Under the pieces are notes generated by a model. That model was not told the origin of the DNA. It did not search any database and worked only from the letters and a program-made list of their open reading frames with translations. A stretch of 38,131 nt of DNA from a virus: the IMG/VR virus record IMGVR_UViG_3300045988_093404, positions 1 to 38,131 of that record. The stretch is one strand, 5' to 3'. Both the position numbers and the translations under genes were made by a program. Below, piece by piece: positions 7,770 to 18,114 of this stretch (position 1 is its first letter; each line of letters begins with the position of its first letter).

Positions 7770-8949
7770 CCCGGAATATATCCTGAGAGTTTCGGAGGGC
7801 GCGGAGGACATAGCCGAACAGCTCCACAATGTCATTATCCGCGAGATTGTGGAGCGTATCATGATTCGTTTGGGGCGTGGGGATGATTACATTCTCACGC
7901 CCCGCGATAAGTGGCAGCTGGAAGTATTGCAGGATGCCGGGTATATCTTGACAGACTTGCAAGCGGAGATAGCCAAAAAGACAAAGTTGCAGCGCTCCGA
8001 GGTCAAGGCAGCGTTTGAGGATGCGGACATAAAGAGCCGCGCCTTTGACGATGCAATTTATCAACAGGCCGGACTTCCAAAGTCCAGACGATCACCGGCT
8101 ATGGTTCGGACGATGGCACGGATGTATGAGGCCACATTGGGCGAATGGTCGAATTACTGCCGAACCACGGCAGAGGCCGCACAGCAGCTCTTTATCAGAG
8201 AGTGCGACAAAGCGTACAGCCTTGTTGTGTCGGGCGCTATGGGCTATACAGAGGCCGTTAAAAGGGCTGTGGAGACGATAGCGGGAGACGGGGTGAGGAT
8301 TACATACCCGTCCGGCAAAACCGACAGCATCGAGACGGCAACGCTTCGCTGCGTAAGGACAGGAGTCAGTCAGACCGCCGCACAGATCACATTACAGAGA
8401 GCGCAGGAAAACGGCGTGGAGCTGGTGGTTACTTCCTCACACTTGGGAGCGAGACCAGAGCATGAGCCGTGGCAGGGAAAAGTATTCCATGTTGATTTCG
8501 GTGGCAAGCCCGGAGACGGGAAGTATCCCGACTTTGTGGAATCGACCCGGTACGGCTTTGTAGATGGCCTGTGTGGTGCAAACTGCCGCCATTCTTTTTA
8601 CCCATATATCGAGGGCGTATCCCATAACCCGTTTGAGCAGTTCGACAGCGAGGAAAACCGAAGGCGGTACGAAGCCGAACAGAAGCAACGGCGTATGGAA
8701 AACGCAATACGAAAAAGCAAGCGAAAATGTGAGGGCTTGAAAACTGCCGTTGACAATGCGGACGATGCTACACGCCCAGCGTTGCAGGAATCATACGGGA
8801 AAGCAGCCGCAAAGCTCCGAGCGCAGAACGCGGAATACAGACAGTTCTGCGAGGAGAACGGCTTAAAGACCCGGCAGGACAGATTGACCATAGCCGGGTG
8901 GAACAGACAACAGGCGCAACAGGCGAGAGCCGCTGCCGATAAATTGTAA
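7762..8949 (+). CDS. Head morphogenesis / minor capsid protein (SPP1 gp7 / Mu F-like, Minor_capsid_2 type)
   Basis: N-terminus MLDPEYILRVSEGAEDIAEQL and the GLCGANCRHSFYPY motif. GTG 7762 overlaps the upstream stop. Confidence 0.75.
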   Translation: MLDPEYILRVSEGAEDIAEQLHNVIIREIVERIMIRLGRGDDYILTPRDKWQLEVLQDAGYILTDLQAEIAKKTKLQRSEVKAAFEDADIKSRAFDDAIYQQAGLPKSRRSPAMVRTMARMYEATLGEWSNYCRTTAEAAQQLFIRECDKAYSLVVSGAMGYTEAVKRAVETIAGDGVRITYPSGKTDSIETATLRCVRTGVSQTAAQITLQRAQENGVELVVTSSHLGARPEHEPWQGKVFHVDFGGKPGDGKYPDFVESTRYGFVDGLCGANCRHSFYPYIEGVSHNPFEQFDSEENRRRYEAEQKQRRMENAIRKSKRKCEGLKTAVDNADDATRPALQESYGKAAAKLRAQNAEYRQFCEENGLKTRQDRLTIAGWNRQQAQQARAAADKL

Positions 8950-9026
8950 ACTACCCTGCCCGGGTTTACAGGGCTTAATCCATTACCGCCGCCGGGCGGT
9001 TAATAAATACGGTTATGGAGGATTTT

Positions 9027-9653
9027 ATGAAGAATATCAACACGATTCTGGAAGAGCTGGGCATTGAAGTCCCAGAGGACAAGGTGACCGAGCTGAACAA
9101 GGCAGTTGCCGAGAACTACAAGACCACGGCTGAATTTGATAAGAAGGTTGCCAAGGTCGAAGCAGAGCGCGACAACTGGAAGGAACAGGCCGAGACCGCA
9201 GCGGAAACGCTCAAGGGCTTTGACGGCGTGGATGTGAACAAGCTGAATGCCGACATTGCCGAGTGGAAAACCAAAGCGGAGAACGCCGAGAAGGACTATC
9301 AGAAGAAGATTGCTGACCGTGATTTTGAGGACGCTTTGAAAGCGGAGATGGAGGGCTACAAGTTTTCTTCCGCTTCTGCAAAGAATGCCGTCATGTCTGA
9401 AATCCGGGCTAAGGGTCTGAAATACTCTGATGGTAAAATCCTCGGTCTGAGTGATGCTATCTCGCAGATCAAGGAAAAAGACGCGGATGCCTTTGTGGAT
9501 GAAGAAAACCCGCCCGCTAAGTTTACCTCTCGCAAGAGTGCGGAGGGCGGCGGCAAGGTCTATTCGTCTAAGGCAGAAATCATGAAAATCAAAGATGCGA
9601 CAGAGCGACAGGCCGCTATTGCCGCGAACATGAATCTTTTTGGAGGGAATTAA
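9027..9653 (+). CDS. Scaffolding protein (GP20-like)
   Basis: Acidic coiled-coil protein directly before the capsid gene. GGAGG 9017-9021 favours ATG 9027 over 9015. Confidence 0.75.
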   Translation: MKNINTILEELGIEVPEDKVTELNKAVAENYKTTAEFDKKVAKVEAERDNWKEQAETAAETLKGFDGVDVNKLNADIAEWKTKAENAEKDYQKKIADRDFEDALKAEMEGYKFSSASAKNAVMSEIRAKGLKYSDGKILGLSDAISQIKEKDADAFVDEENPPAKFTSRKSAEGGGKVYSSKAEIMKIKDATERQAAIAANMNLFGGN

Positions 9654-9656
9654 TTT

Positions 9657-10544
9657 ATGGCTAAGGATAGACTGACTAAGGGAGCTAACATCAACGCGAC
9701 CCCCCGCGAGATTGACTTCGTCACTCGCTTCAATGACAACTGGGAGCACCTGCGCGAGATCATGGGCATTATGCGCCCGATCAAGAAGGCTCCCGGTACT
9801 ATGCTCAAGAGCAAGAGAGCCACCGTCACTCTCCAGAACGGCGCGGTTGCCGAGGGCAACGAGATCCCCTACTCTCAGGCCACAGTCACCGAGACCCCCT
9901 ATGAGGAGCTGACCATTGAGAAGTACGCCAAGGCTGTCTCTATTGAGGCTATCAACTCTTACGGCTATGATGTGGCCGTTCAGATGACCGATGACGAATT
10001 CCTGAACGAGCTTCAGAATGTTGTCACCGGCCGTTTCTACGATTACATCCTTGACGGCACTCTCACCGGCGATGAGGAAACTTTCCAGATGGCTCTTTCT
10101 ATGGCAAAGGGCAAGGTTGTTAACAAGTGGAAGTCCATGCACAAGACCTCTACCGGCGTTGTGGCGTTCGTCAATGTCCTTGATGTTTACGAATATCTGG
10201 GCGCTGCCAACATCACCGTGCAGAACGAGTTCGGCTTTGAGTACATGAAGAACTTCATGGGCTTCAACACCGTGTTCCTGCTGTCCAGCGAGGAAATCCC
10301 CCGTGGCACTGTGGTTGCTACACCCGTGGAAAACATCGTCCTGTACTATGTTGACCCCGGCGATTCCGACTTTGCCCGCGCTGGTCTTGAGTACACCACC
10401 GATGGCGAGACAAACCTCATCGGCTTCCACACTCAGGGTCGCTATGAGACTGCTGTCTCCGAGAGCTTTGCTATCATGGGCATGACCCTGTTTGCCGAGT
10501 ATGTGGACGGCATCGCCGTTATCGCTATCGGTGATCAGGTCTGA
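9657..10544 (+). CDS. Major capsid protein
   Basis: 295 aa, directly after the scaffold gene. Strongly biased codon use. The open antisense frame is typical of a highly expressed gene. Confidence 0.8.
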   Translation: MAKDRLTKGANINATPREIDFVTRFNDNWEHLREIMGIMRPIKKAPGTMLKSKRATVTLQNGAVAEGNEIPYSQATVTETPYEELTIEKYAKAVSIEAINSYGYDVAVQMTDDEFLNELQNVVTGRFYDYILDGTLTGDEETFQMALSMAKGKVVNKWKSMHKTSTGVVAFVNVLDVYEYLGAANITVQNEFGFEYMKNFMGFNTVFLLSSEEIPRGTVVATPVENIVLYYVDPGDSDFARAGLEYTTDGETNLIGFHTQGRYETAVSESFAIMGMTLFAEYVDGIAVIAIGDQV

Positions 10545-11017
10545 TGGCATACGCTGACTATACATACTTCTCCAGTCTGTATAGCGGCGTAACGGAAGCG
10601 GACTTTAACCGCATGGCGTGGGATGCGTCCAAGCTCATGGACTACCATACAACCGGCGTTGATGGGTTCGCAAAGCTGCGGACGCATTTCCCCACGGACG
10701 AATATGATATCGAGGCTGTCAAGCGGTGCTGCTGCGCTCTTGTCAGCCTCCTCCTGAAGATAGAGGCGGCAGAGAACGCAAGCGGACTGATTACCAGAGA
10801 GGATGGCACAGTCAGCGGGAAGGTTGTTTCCTCCGTCTCCTCCGGGAGCGAGAGCATATCCTATTCGGTCAGCGGGAATACCGCTTTTGATAAGGCCGTA
10901 TCAGACAGGGAGCAGAGAAGTGTTCTTTTTGCAACCGAGATCCGGCACTATCTCTCCGGGGTAAAGGATGCAAACGGCGTGAATCTGCTGTTTATGGGGG
11001 TCTATCCGCGTGTATAA
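10544..11017 (+). CDS. Head-tail connector/adaptor (putative)
   Basis: Position after the capsid gene. Start overlaps the capsid stop by 1 nt (TGATG). Confidence 0.5.
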   Translation: MAYADYTYFSSLYSGVTEADFNRMAWDASKLMDYHTTGVDGFAKLRTHFPTDEYDIEAVKRCCCALVSLLLKIEAAENASGLITREDGTVSGKVVSSVSSGSESISYSVSGNTAFDKAVSDREQRSVLFATEIRHYLSGVKDANGVNLLFMGVYPRV

Positions 11018-11435
11018 GGATACCGTTACGATCTTCAACCGATACCGATTTCCGACCGGGGATGTGTGGTATCCTACCGTGCTGCACGGCGTAGACCTTA
11101 ACATTGACCACGCGGCAATTACAGCCAAATACGGCGAAAATTCCCGTGACAATGCAAAGCTACACATCAAAGTAGACGGCGGCACGGTCGGCGGCAAAAC
11201 CTATGTACAGCCGAAAGAGTATCAAGCGCTGCTCTCCACGAATGGATATATCACATTCGCCGCCGGGGAGGAGTTCGATTTCTTCTTTGCCGGTGAGTGG
11301 GCTGGAGCAGTCCGTGACGCTGATTATCTGGACGGCTTTTACAACTACATGAACACGCGGTTTGATAATGTATTTGCTATTTCTTCCGTGGCACAGTACA
11401 TCGTCATCCCACACTTTGAGATTATGGGGCGGTAA
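11010..11435 (+). CDS. Head closure / head-tail joining protein (putative)
   Basis: Position only. GTG start overlaps the upstream gene by 8 nt. Confidence 0.45.
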   Translation: MYKDTVTIFNRYRFPTGDVWYPTVLHGVDLNIDHAAITAKYGENSRDNAKLHIKVDGGTVGGKTYVQPKEYQALLSTNGYITFAAGEEFDFFFAGEWAGAVRDADYLDGFYNYMNTRFDNVFAISSVAQYIVIPHFEIMGR

Positions 11436-11436
11436 T

Positions 11437-11844
11437 ATGCTGGAGATAAACGCGGCGCTCGATACAGGACGCATAGAACGGAATATTACAAAAGCGCAAT
11501 ACTGGCTTGATAGTCAGGTAATGACGGATATGGTTCCGCTCATGCCTCATGTGACTGGAACATTTGTCAATGATACAGCCGCTTGGAGCGCCGCACTTGC
11601 TGGCACAGGCGAGGTTATCGCGGGTGTGCCGCCTATGGGGCGCTTTCTATATGAGGGTAAGGTCATGATTGACCCTGTTACATTCTCGCCGTGGGCGCGA
11701 AAAGGTGCAAAGAAAATCGTCACAGACAGAGATTTGCAATTTTCAAATCCCGGAGCTGTTGCGCATTGGTTCGATGCCGCCAAAGAGCTGCACGGAAAAG
11801 AATGGGTCAACGGCGTTCAGAAAATCGCAGGAGGCAACGGATGA
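11437..11844 (+). CDS. Tail-completion / minor capsid protein 1-like (HK97 gp10-like position)
   Basis: ATG 11437 follows stop 11433-11435. ORF-track 11362 start rejected because it overlaps the upstream gene. Confidence 0.5.
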   Translation: MLEINAALDTGRIERNITKAQYWLDSQVMTDMVPLMPHVTGTFVNDTAAWSAALAGTGEVIAGVPPMGRFLYEGKVMIDPVTFSPWARKGAKKIVTDRDLQFSNPGAVAHWFDAAKELHGKEWVNGVQKIAGGNG

Positions 11845-12341
11845 ACGAAAACAACACATACGATGTTGACAGCTATGATGTTGTCACCACGGCAATTTTA
11901 GAGCTGATAAACGAATATCCCGGACTGCCGACAGGCGATGAGATCGCATTTAATACGCTCTCTGCGGACGCTGGAAAAGCTATGTTTCCAGGCGTTGGCG
12001 CTATCGTGGTAGCGGAGCGCCATTACATCACCGGGCAGACGCAGCAGACCTGCTCTTACCCGTTCTATGTGATTTACAGAGGCTCGGGGCTTTCTCAGTC
12101 CCGCCGGGCAGCTGTAAAGGAATGGCTGGACAATCTCGGGCGGTGGCTGGGCAAACAGCCGATAACCGTCAATGGCACGGTGCATCAGCTTAGAGAATGG
12201 CCGCGCCTGTCCGGCAAGCGCGAGTTTATCGGATTCCAGATTCAAACGCCCGGGCATCAGGACAACATACAGGAAAACATGGCAGAAGATTGGAGCATTC
12301 TGATCTCTGCCCGCTACACTAACGAATTTACGGAGGTCTAA
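11841..12341 (+). CDS. Tail terminator / minor capsid protein 3-like (putative)
   Basis: ATG 11841 after AGGAGG, ATGA overlap. The Arg-rich extension from ORF-track start 11691 looks non-coding. Confidence 0.5.
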   Translation: MNENNTYDVDSYDVVTTAILELINEYPGLPTGDEIAFNTLSADAGKAMFPGVGAIVVAERHYITGQTQQTCSYPFYVIYRGSGLSQSRRAAVKEWLDNLGRWLGKQPITVNGTVHQLREWPRLSGKREFIGFQIQTPGHQDNIQENMAEDWSILISARYTNEFTEV

Positions 12342-12343
12342 AA

Positions 12344-12946
12344 ATGGCGGCTGAAACTGCTGTACAGGATTTTAACCTTGCGAATGTCGGTGACAGCGCA
12401 AAGAGAGAGGCGCTGTCTATCTGGTACAACTGCCGTGTATCCCACGATGGAAGTGCCGCCGGTACGCTGGCATCTCCCGTGTGGGAGCTTGTCGGCTATA
12501 AGCTGACAGGAGGCGATGTGTCCGTTGACTATGAAACGGATGAAACCAAGAAGGACATTCTCGGAAACACTTTTGTTTCTCTCTCCGGCGCTAAGCGCTC
12601 TATTGATCTGTCCGGCTGGGACACTATCAAGGGTTCTCATCTTCAGGTGGACATCATGAACGCCATGAGATATGAAAACAACGGCGGCATGGCTTACCTT
12701 GAGAGCGGCGGCGATTTCTGCCTTGTGCATCACTACGCCGGTTCTTCCGGGGCTATGCTCGCGGAGCGTTGGAGCGGCTGCGGCATCAAGCCCACCAGAC
12801 AGGGCGGCGATGGCGGTGGCAATCTCACTCTTGATGCTACCGTTACTTTCTCCGGCGAAAAGACCATCGGCACGGCTGCTATCAACGGCAGCACGATGAC
12901 CTTCACGGAGACCGAAGCGCCCGCTTGGCCGGGTAACATTTCCTGA
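12344..12946 (+). CDS. Major tail protein (putative)
   Basis: 200 aa, located before the chaperone pair and tape measure. Followed by a hairpin terminator/attenuator. Confidence 0.65.
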   Translation: MAAETAVQDFNLANVGDSAKREALSIWYNCRVSHDGSAAGTLASPVWELVGYKLTGGDVSVDYETDETKKDILGNTFVSLSGAKRSIDLSGWDTIKGSHLQVDIMNAMRYENNGGMAYLESGGDFCLVHHYAGSSGAMLAERWSGCGIKPTRQGGDGGGNLTLDATVTFSGEKTIGTAAINGSTMTFTETEAPAWPGNIS

Positions 12947-12948
12947 GA

Positions 12949-12978
12949 GGGGCGGGATTACTCCCGCTCCTTTCCTTT
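12949..12978 (+). terminator. Hairpin terminator/attenuator after the major tail gene
   Basis: GGGGCGGGA / TCCCGC(T)CC stem, 4-nt loop, then TTTCCTTT. Confidence 0.55.
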
Positions 12979-12992
12979 GAGAGGAGACAAAT

Positions 12993-13385
12993 ATGGGCTT
13001 TAGAACCAGTGCAAAGACACTCAGAATTGATGTGAACGATGACGGCGATATTGTCGAGATCCCCATCAATGACAGCGAATGGATGCAGAAATACTGCGAC
13101 TATCTCGACATGGCCGACAGAAAGAGCAAGGAACACGCCGCCGCTGTGCAGACAGAGGAGGATAACATTCTTCACTCCGTCCTTTTCGACAGGGAAATGC
13201 GGGACGGCTTCAATGATGTTTTCGGCGAGGATGCGTATACAAAGGTTTTCGGCGCTTCTCTTGTCGGCGTGGAGTACATCGTTGAATTCCTTGAATACCT
13301 TGAACCCTTTATCGAAGAACGGGTACAGCGAAAGAAAAATATCATGAACAAGTATTCCGCTGACCGCGTTGGCGGGGCGCGATGA
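12993..13385 (+). CDS. Tail assembly chaperone (gpG position)
   Basis: 130-aa acidic protein between the major tail and tape measure genes. Confidence 0.55.
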   Translation: MGFRTSAKTLRIDVNDDGDIVEIPINDSEWMQKYCDYLDMADRKSKEHAAAVQTEEDNILHSVLFDREMRDGFNDVFGEDAYTKVFGASLVGVEYIVEFLEYLEPFIEERVQRKKNIMNKYSADRVGGAR

Positions 13386-13963
13386 GCTTTAACATCTGCC
13401 TTGATACCCTCCCGGCAGAATACGAAGGGTATCTCATCCGAACGGATTTTAGAATCGGAATGCAGATATCTCTTGCCATGTCAGATCCTGACCTTGACCA
13501 GCAGGAACAGCTTCAAACGGCTATTTCCCTGCTCTACGGCAGAGGCATTCCCGACTTGAAAACGGCCTTAGAGGGGCTTTCGTGGTTTATGCGCTGCGGG
13601 CAGGATGTACGCAAAGATCTACCGAAAGACGATAAACAGGTAGTGTTCTATGATTTCGATTCGGGTCGGATATGGGCATCTTTCAAGGCTACATTCGGCA
13701 TTGACCTTTACCGGGAGAAAATGCACTGGTTTGAGTTCTGCCACCTTCTTTCCTGCTGCGGTGAGGATACATCGATATCCAATGCAATGAAGATCAGACA
13801 GTACAGCACCAAGGGATTAAAGGGCGAAGAGCTTAGTAAACTGGCAGCCGCCAAAAGGGCTTTGCAGCCTCCCGAACGGCTGTCAGAGCAGCAGAAAGAG
13901 CAGGATAATGACTTTATCAGTCAAATGAAACAAATAGGGGAGGTGCAACATGGCACAGGCTGA
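13382..13963 (+). CDS. Phage Gp15-like protein (second chaperone position)
   Basis: MSFNICLDTLPAEYEGYLIRTDFRIGMQISL resembles the Gp15 family. ATGA overlap with the upstream gene. Confidence 0.55.
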   Translation: MSFNICLDTLPAEYEGYLIRTDFRIGMQISLAMSDPDLDQQEQLQTAISLLYGRGIPDLKTALEGLSWFMRCGQDVRKDLPKDDKQVVFYDFDSGRIWASFKATFGIDLYREKMHWFEFCHLLSCCGEDTSISNAMKIRQYSTKGLKGEELSKLAAAKRALQPPERLSEQQKEQDNDFISQMKQIGEVQHGTG

Positions 13964-15923
13964 CGGCTATGTACGCATTGTAACCAAAATAGATGACGCG
14001 GCGGCCTTGAAGAAACTGGACGGACTTGCCGATAAGGTAAACCGTACTGTTTCCTCTGTACAGGCTCAGAGCAGGAAAATTGACGAGCTTACCGCCGCAT
14101 ATGAGCGGCTGGGAGAGGCGGGTAGGACTTTCACAGAGGGCTACGAAAACGGGGCTTCTGAGGAGTATCTTGATTCCATTCTTGCCCAGCTTGAAAAGGA
14201 GCTGTCTGCGCTCGGGATGACCAAAGAGCAGATAGAGGGTTTCAAGACAGAAATGGTCTCCGGGACTGCTGTACAGGATACGGAGGCCATGCAGAGGGTG
14301 GCCGCGTCTATCTCCACCGCAAAGGAAAAGATGGACGAGCTTACCGCCGCTGCTCAGAACGCCCGGACAGCCTTTGATGCACAAGCACAGCAGTCCGAGA
14401 GAATCCCGGAATCCGTTGATAGGTCTGCATCGGCGATCAACAGATTTACCCAGCGTGTCGGCAGGATGGCAAAGACAGCTCTTGTGTTCTACGGATTCCG
14501 CAGACTGTTTACAGGAATTCGGAATACCATGATGAGCCTGTCCGGCATGAGTTCTATTGGCAGCGTGTTTTCCGACTTCAACGGATATGTGCAGAAAGCC
14601 TTAGAGGGAAATGAGCAGTTTTCGGCGGCTCTTGCAAAGCTCAGAGGGGCTTTGTATACAGCCTTTGAGCCTATCATGTCCTTTATCGTACCGGCTATTT
14701 CTACGCTCTGCAACTGGCTGTCCACGGCTATTTCCTACATCGCCGCGTTCTTCTCGGGACTGTCGGGCAAAAGCCTTTCGGATAGCGCAAAGGGCGCGGA
14801 GAAGCTGGCAAAGGGCTATGACAAGGTTGGAGGGTCTGCCGGTAATGCCGCAAAACAGCTTGCATCTTTCGACAAACTGAACAACCTGAATTCCTCCGGC
14901 GGTGGTGGAGGAAGCGGCGGCAGTGCCGCGGACTTTGGCTTTGACCCCGAAAAATTCAAAGGCGCTGAGGCGTTCGGCGATAAGATTGCAGAGATTGTTG
15001 CAAAAATCAAAAAGCACATCTTTGAGCTTGAAACGCTGGCCGCTGTATCTCTTGCCGCAATCGGTCTTATTCTGATTGCCACGGGAAATATCCCGCTCGG
15101 TATCGGCGCTCTGCTCGGTTCTGGTCTGCTGTTCCGACAGGTTGCCGCAGACTGGGACTTTACAACAGCGCAGACGCGGAAAAAGGTCGGTGAGCTTATG
15201 GCCATTGTTGGAACGGCAATGGTAGCCCTTGGCCTTGTTCTTGTGTTGTCCGGGGCTAACATCCCGCTTGGTATCGGTATGCTGCTTGGCGGTCTGACTG
15301 CCTACGGCACAGGCGTAGCGGTAAACTGGGACGCGATAACTGACAAGGTAAAGAGCATTAAGGACAAGCTCAAAGGTCTGTGGGAAGATATCCGCAAGGA
15401 CTTTTTCGACCTCAAGGAGCATTTCTGGTATTACATCGATCAGATCAAGATGAAGTTTGATGAGATGAAATCAAAGATTTCTTCCATTCTCACAAGCATC
15501 AAGGCGTGGTTCAAGGACAAATTCCAGTTCCCGCATATCGCCCTGCCGCATTTCACTTGGTCTGAGGAGCCTGTATCCTCCAACTTTATGAGGATGCTTG
15601 GCATTACTGCTATTCCCCGCCTGTCCGTGTCCTATTACGCAAAGGGCGGTTTCCCGGATGTCGGCAGTATGTTCGTAGCGGGTGAGGCTGGCCCCGAGCT
15701 GGTCGGCTCTTTCGGCGGCCACAGTAACGCCGTGGTGAATGAAGCCCAGCTTGTACAGGCATTTCAGGCGGCTACATCGCAGCAGACGGCGCTTTTACAG
15801 CAGCAGAATGCACTCTTACAGGCTATCCTTGAAAAAAGCGGAGAGGTTACTTTCCGTCCCTCTGTGAGTGCCGGACGGGCATTCTCGCAGAGCATCAATA
15901 TGTACGCAAGGAGTATGGGCTAA
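13950..15923 (+). CDS. Tail tape measure protein
   Basis: 657 aa. Coiled-coil N-terminus, Gly run SSGGGGGSGGS, several hydrophobic helices. Canonical position. Confidence 0.85.
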   Translation: MAQADGYVRIVTKIDDAAALKKLDGLADKVNRTVSSVQAQSRKIDELTAAYERLGEAGRTFTEGYENGASEEYLDSILAQLEKELSALGMTKEQIEGFKTEMVSGTAVQDTEAMQRVAASISTAKEKMDELTAAAQNARTAFDAQAQQSERIPESVDRSASAINRFTQRVGRMAKTALVFYGFRRLFTGIRNTMMSLSGMSSIGSVFSDFNGYVQKALEGNEQFSAALAKLRGALYTAFEPIMSFIVPAISTLCNWLSTAISYIAAFFSGLSGKSLSDSAKGAEKLAKGYDKVGGSAGNAAKQLASFDKLNNLNSSGGGGGSGGSAADFGFDPEKFKGAEAFGDKIAEIVAKIKKHIFELETLAAVSLAAIGLILIATGNIPLGIGALLGSGLLFRQVAADWDFTTAQTRKKVGELMAIVGTAMVALGLVLVLSGANIPLGIGMLLGGLTAYGTGVAVNWDAITDKVKSIKDKLKGLWEDIRKDFFDLKEHFWYYIDQIKMKFDEMKSKISSILTSIKAWFKDKFQFPHIALPHFTWSEEPVSSNFMRMLGITAIPRLSVSYYAKGGFPDVGSMFVAGEAGPELVGSFGGHSNAVVNEAQLVQAFQAATSQQTALLQQQNALLQAILEKSGEVTFRPSVSAGRAFSQSINMYARSMG

Positions 15924-16339
15924 TGTTTAATGGCTATTTACTCAAGGGCGGCGTAACGGGTACGATGTTCCCGGAGCAGTATATAGAATTTGGCAGCTAT
16001 GAAAGTTCCCCAAACCAGCGGCAGGACAAGGACAGCACCCGCGACATGAACGGCATTCTCCGAAGGAATGTTGTCCTTGCAATGCCCACATCCATCAAGT
16101 TTACCACGCGGGATGTGCTTCCTATGGACGGTAAACAGGCCATTCAGGCGTTTTTCAATGCAAACATGGTCAATTCCGCAGAGAGAAAGGTATACATTGA
16201 ATACTGGAATGATGAAAACAACACCTATGAAACCGGCTATTTCTATCTTCCCGATATTCGATTTCCTGTTCTGTGGCATTCGGCTACAACGATCTACTAC
16301 GGCAGCATAGAGATTGAGCTGATAGGGTACGGTGAGTAA
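15923..16339 (+). CDS. Tail component in the distal-tail-protein position
   Basis: Start overlaps the tape measure stop (TAATG). 138 aa. Confidence 0.5.
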   Translation: MFNGYLLKGGVTGTMFPEQYIEFGSYESSPNQRQDKDSTRDMNGILRRNVVLAMPTSIKFTTRDVLPMDGKQAIQAFFNANMVNSAERKVYIEYWNDENNTYETGYFYLPDIRFPVLWHSATTIYYGSIEIELIGYGE

Positions 16340-16993
16340 ATGCAGGATGTATCAAACAACTACAAAACAATCGTAGCCGGGGAGCATTGGTTTGAAGCGA
16401 GGGCAAAAATCGGAGAAACTGTCATCCAGCAGGACGGCATGGGTTCTTTGTCCGTAACGCATGACCTTTTTTCCGAGGAACGGCCTATGATCGGCTGCGC
16501 TTGCTCTGCCGAATGCACGGTGAAATTTTTCAACCCTGTAAACATTCCCCGGATGGCGAAATTTTCCCTTGAAGTCCGCGCCAAAAATGGCAGTCTGACA
16601 AGTGAGTGGATACCGAAGGGCAGCTTTTATGTTGACACGCGGACGGTATCCACCAGTTTTACAGAGGTTCACGGATTCGATGCGATGATGCTTGCCGAGA
16701 AGCCGTATCCGACCACAGAAACGGATATGACCGCCGCACAGGCTGCCGCGAGGATAGCGGAGGAAATTGGCGTAGTGCTTGACCCGCGAACCTATTTACC
16801 TGGCGTTGTTATTCCGTCTCTTGTTGGATACACTTGCCGCGAAGCTCTTCGGGGCATTGCTACACTTGCGGGAGGGAACTGGACGATTACAGACGCTGAA
16901 ACGCTTCTGCTTGTGCCTCTCAATACCGGGTATCTTGTGGACGAAAACGGCGCTGTCATCGTATTTGCGGACGGAACGAGGATCTTGCTATGA
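16340..16993 (+). CDS. Tail/baseplate component
   Basis: Abuts the upstream stop. 217 aa. Assigned by position in the tail-tip module. Confidence 0.5.
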   Translation: MQDVSNNYKTIVAGEHWFEARAKIGETVIQQDGMGSLSVTHDLFSEERPMIGCACSAECTVKFFNPVNIPRMAKFSLEVRAKNGSLTSEWIPKGSFYVDTRTVSTSFTEVHGFDAMMLAEKPYPTTETDMTAAQAAARIAEEIGVVLDPRTYLPGVVIPSLVGYTCREALRGIATLAGGNWTITDAETLLLVPLNTGYLVDENGAVIVFADGTRILL

Positions 16994-18114
16994 CATATGC
17001 AAAAAACCTTACAACGGGTGAACAGAGGCCGCCTGTAACCGGGGTGCGCTGTTGGGTCGGCGGTCAAACTTACATTGAATCGGGCGATGATACCGGGACA
17101 GTGTTTGAATGCGAATCGCCGTGGGCAACGCAGGAAAACATTGACGCACTGCTCTTGCAGCTTCTCGGCTTTATCTATGCTCCGTTCACCGCTGAAAAGG
17201 CGAGACTTGATCCTGCTGTCGAAATCGGGGACAGCGTGGAGATTTACGGCGTTCACAGCAACGCCTATTCCATTAGCACGGACTTTTCCGGGGCTATGCT
17301 ATCTGATGTTGCCGCCCCGGAGAATACCGAGGTTGACCACGAGTATTTATTTGAAACGCCGCAGGAGCGGGAGTATAAGCGGCAGGTTTCCGCGCTATCA
17401 GCGTCTATCAAGGTTAATGCCGATTCTATTCTTTCCGAGGTAGAAGAGCGCACAGCGGAAAATGTGCTGCTTGCTTCTCAAATTGAGCAGATGGCCGATT
17501 CCATTACGGCTAAAGTGTCCTCCAGCGGTGGAGGCAGTTCTTTTTCGTGGGAACTGACAGCAGACAAGTGGGAATTGAAGTCCGGCAACACAACTGTGCT
17601 GAAAGCAACCTCTGATGGAATCGAAGTACAGGGCGTTATCAAGGCTACATCCGGGCGAATCGGCGCTTGGAGCATCGGAGAGGGTGACGGCGCTCTTCGT
17701 TACCTTGACGGCGAGAACGGCGGGCTTTACCTTGGGAGCGGCGGTATTATCGGTTCAGCTGGTGAGCCTGTCGGCGGTGTGAATCAGTGGAAGTTTGTAC
17801 TCAGCTCCTCTGGTGATCTGATCTGTCAGAGAGCAATCTTGACAGATGACGGGTCTAATTACTCCTCCGTTTTTTCGCAGGGGTCTACCGCTGTAACAGG
17901 CGGTCTAAGCGGCGGTTGGTCTGCGAGCAACTGGTTTGCAGGACAGCAAGCCGGGTTTATCGGCGTTGGAGGCAAGGCGGCGTATCTGTCTAAACTGACA
18001 GCAACCGACCTTGTGGCGGGGTCTGTAAGCTCTGATTGGCTGTATCTGGCCGAGGGCATGACTTTTGCGGGGCGGAATGTTTACATTCAGAATGGTTATT
18101 TGAGGGTGCAATGA
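16990..18114 (+). CDS. Tail-tip / fibre-like structural protein with central coiled coil
   Basis: 374 aa, ATGA overlap. Heptad-like segment SALSASIKVNADSILSEVEERTAENVLLASQIEQMADSITAKV. Confidence 0.55.
   Translation: MTYAKNLTTGEQRPPVTGVRCWVGGQTYIESGDDTGTVFECESPWATQENIDALLLQLLGFIYAPFTAEKARLDPAVEIGDSVEIYGVHSNAYSISTDFSGAMLSDVAAPENTEVDHEYLFETPQEREYKRQVSALSASIKVNADSILSEVEERTAENVLLASQIEQMADSITAKVSSSGGGSSFSWELTADKWELKSGNTTVLKATSDGIEVQGVIKATSGRIGAWSIGEGDGALRYLDGENGGLYLGSGGIIGSAGEPVGGVNQWKFVLSSSGDLICQRAILTDDGSNYSSVFSQGSTAVTGGLSGGWSASNWFAGQQAGFIGVGGKAAYLSKLTATDLVAGSVSSDWLYLAEGMTFAGRNVYIQNGYLRVQ

Noticed and set aside
9000-10565. 521-aa ORF on the - strand
   Set aside because: It is exactly antisense to the scaffold and major capsid genes, which have strong RBSs, coupling and recognisable products. 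The antisense product is low-complexity (L/V/G/H-rich) with no RBS. It is an artefact of biased codon use.
12993-13963. Programmed -1 frameshift between the two tail-chaperone genes
   Set aside because: The two ORFs are joined by an ordinary ATGA stop/start overlap. The second has its own Met, and I found no X XXY YYZ slippery heptamer near the end of the first.
14601-15422. 273-aa and 148-aa ORFs on the - strand inside the tape measure gene
   Set aside because: They are antisense to a long, well-supported structural gene, with junk-like composition and no RBS.
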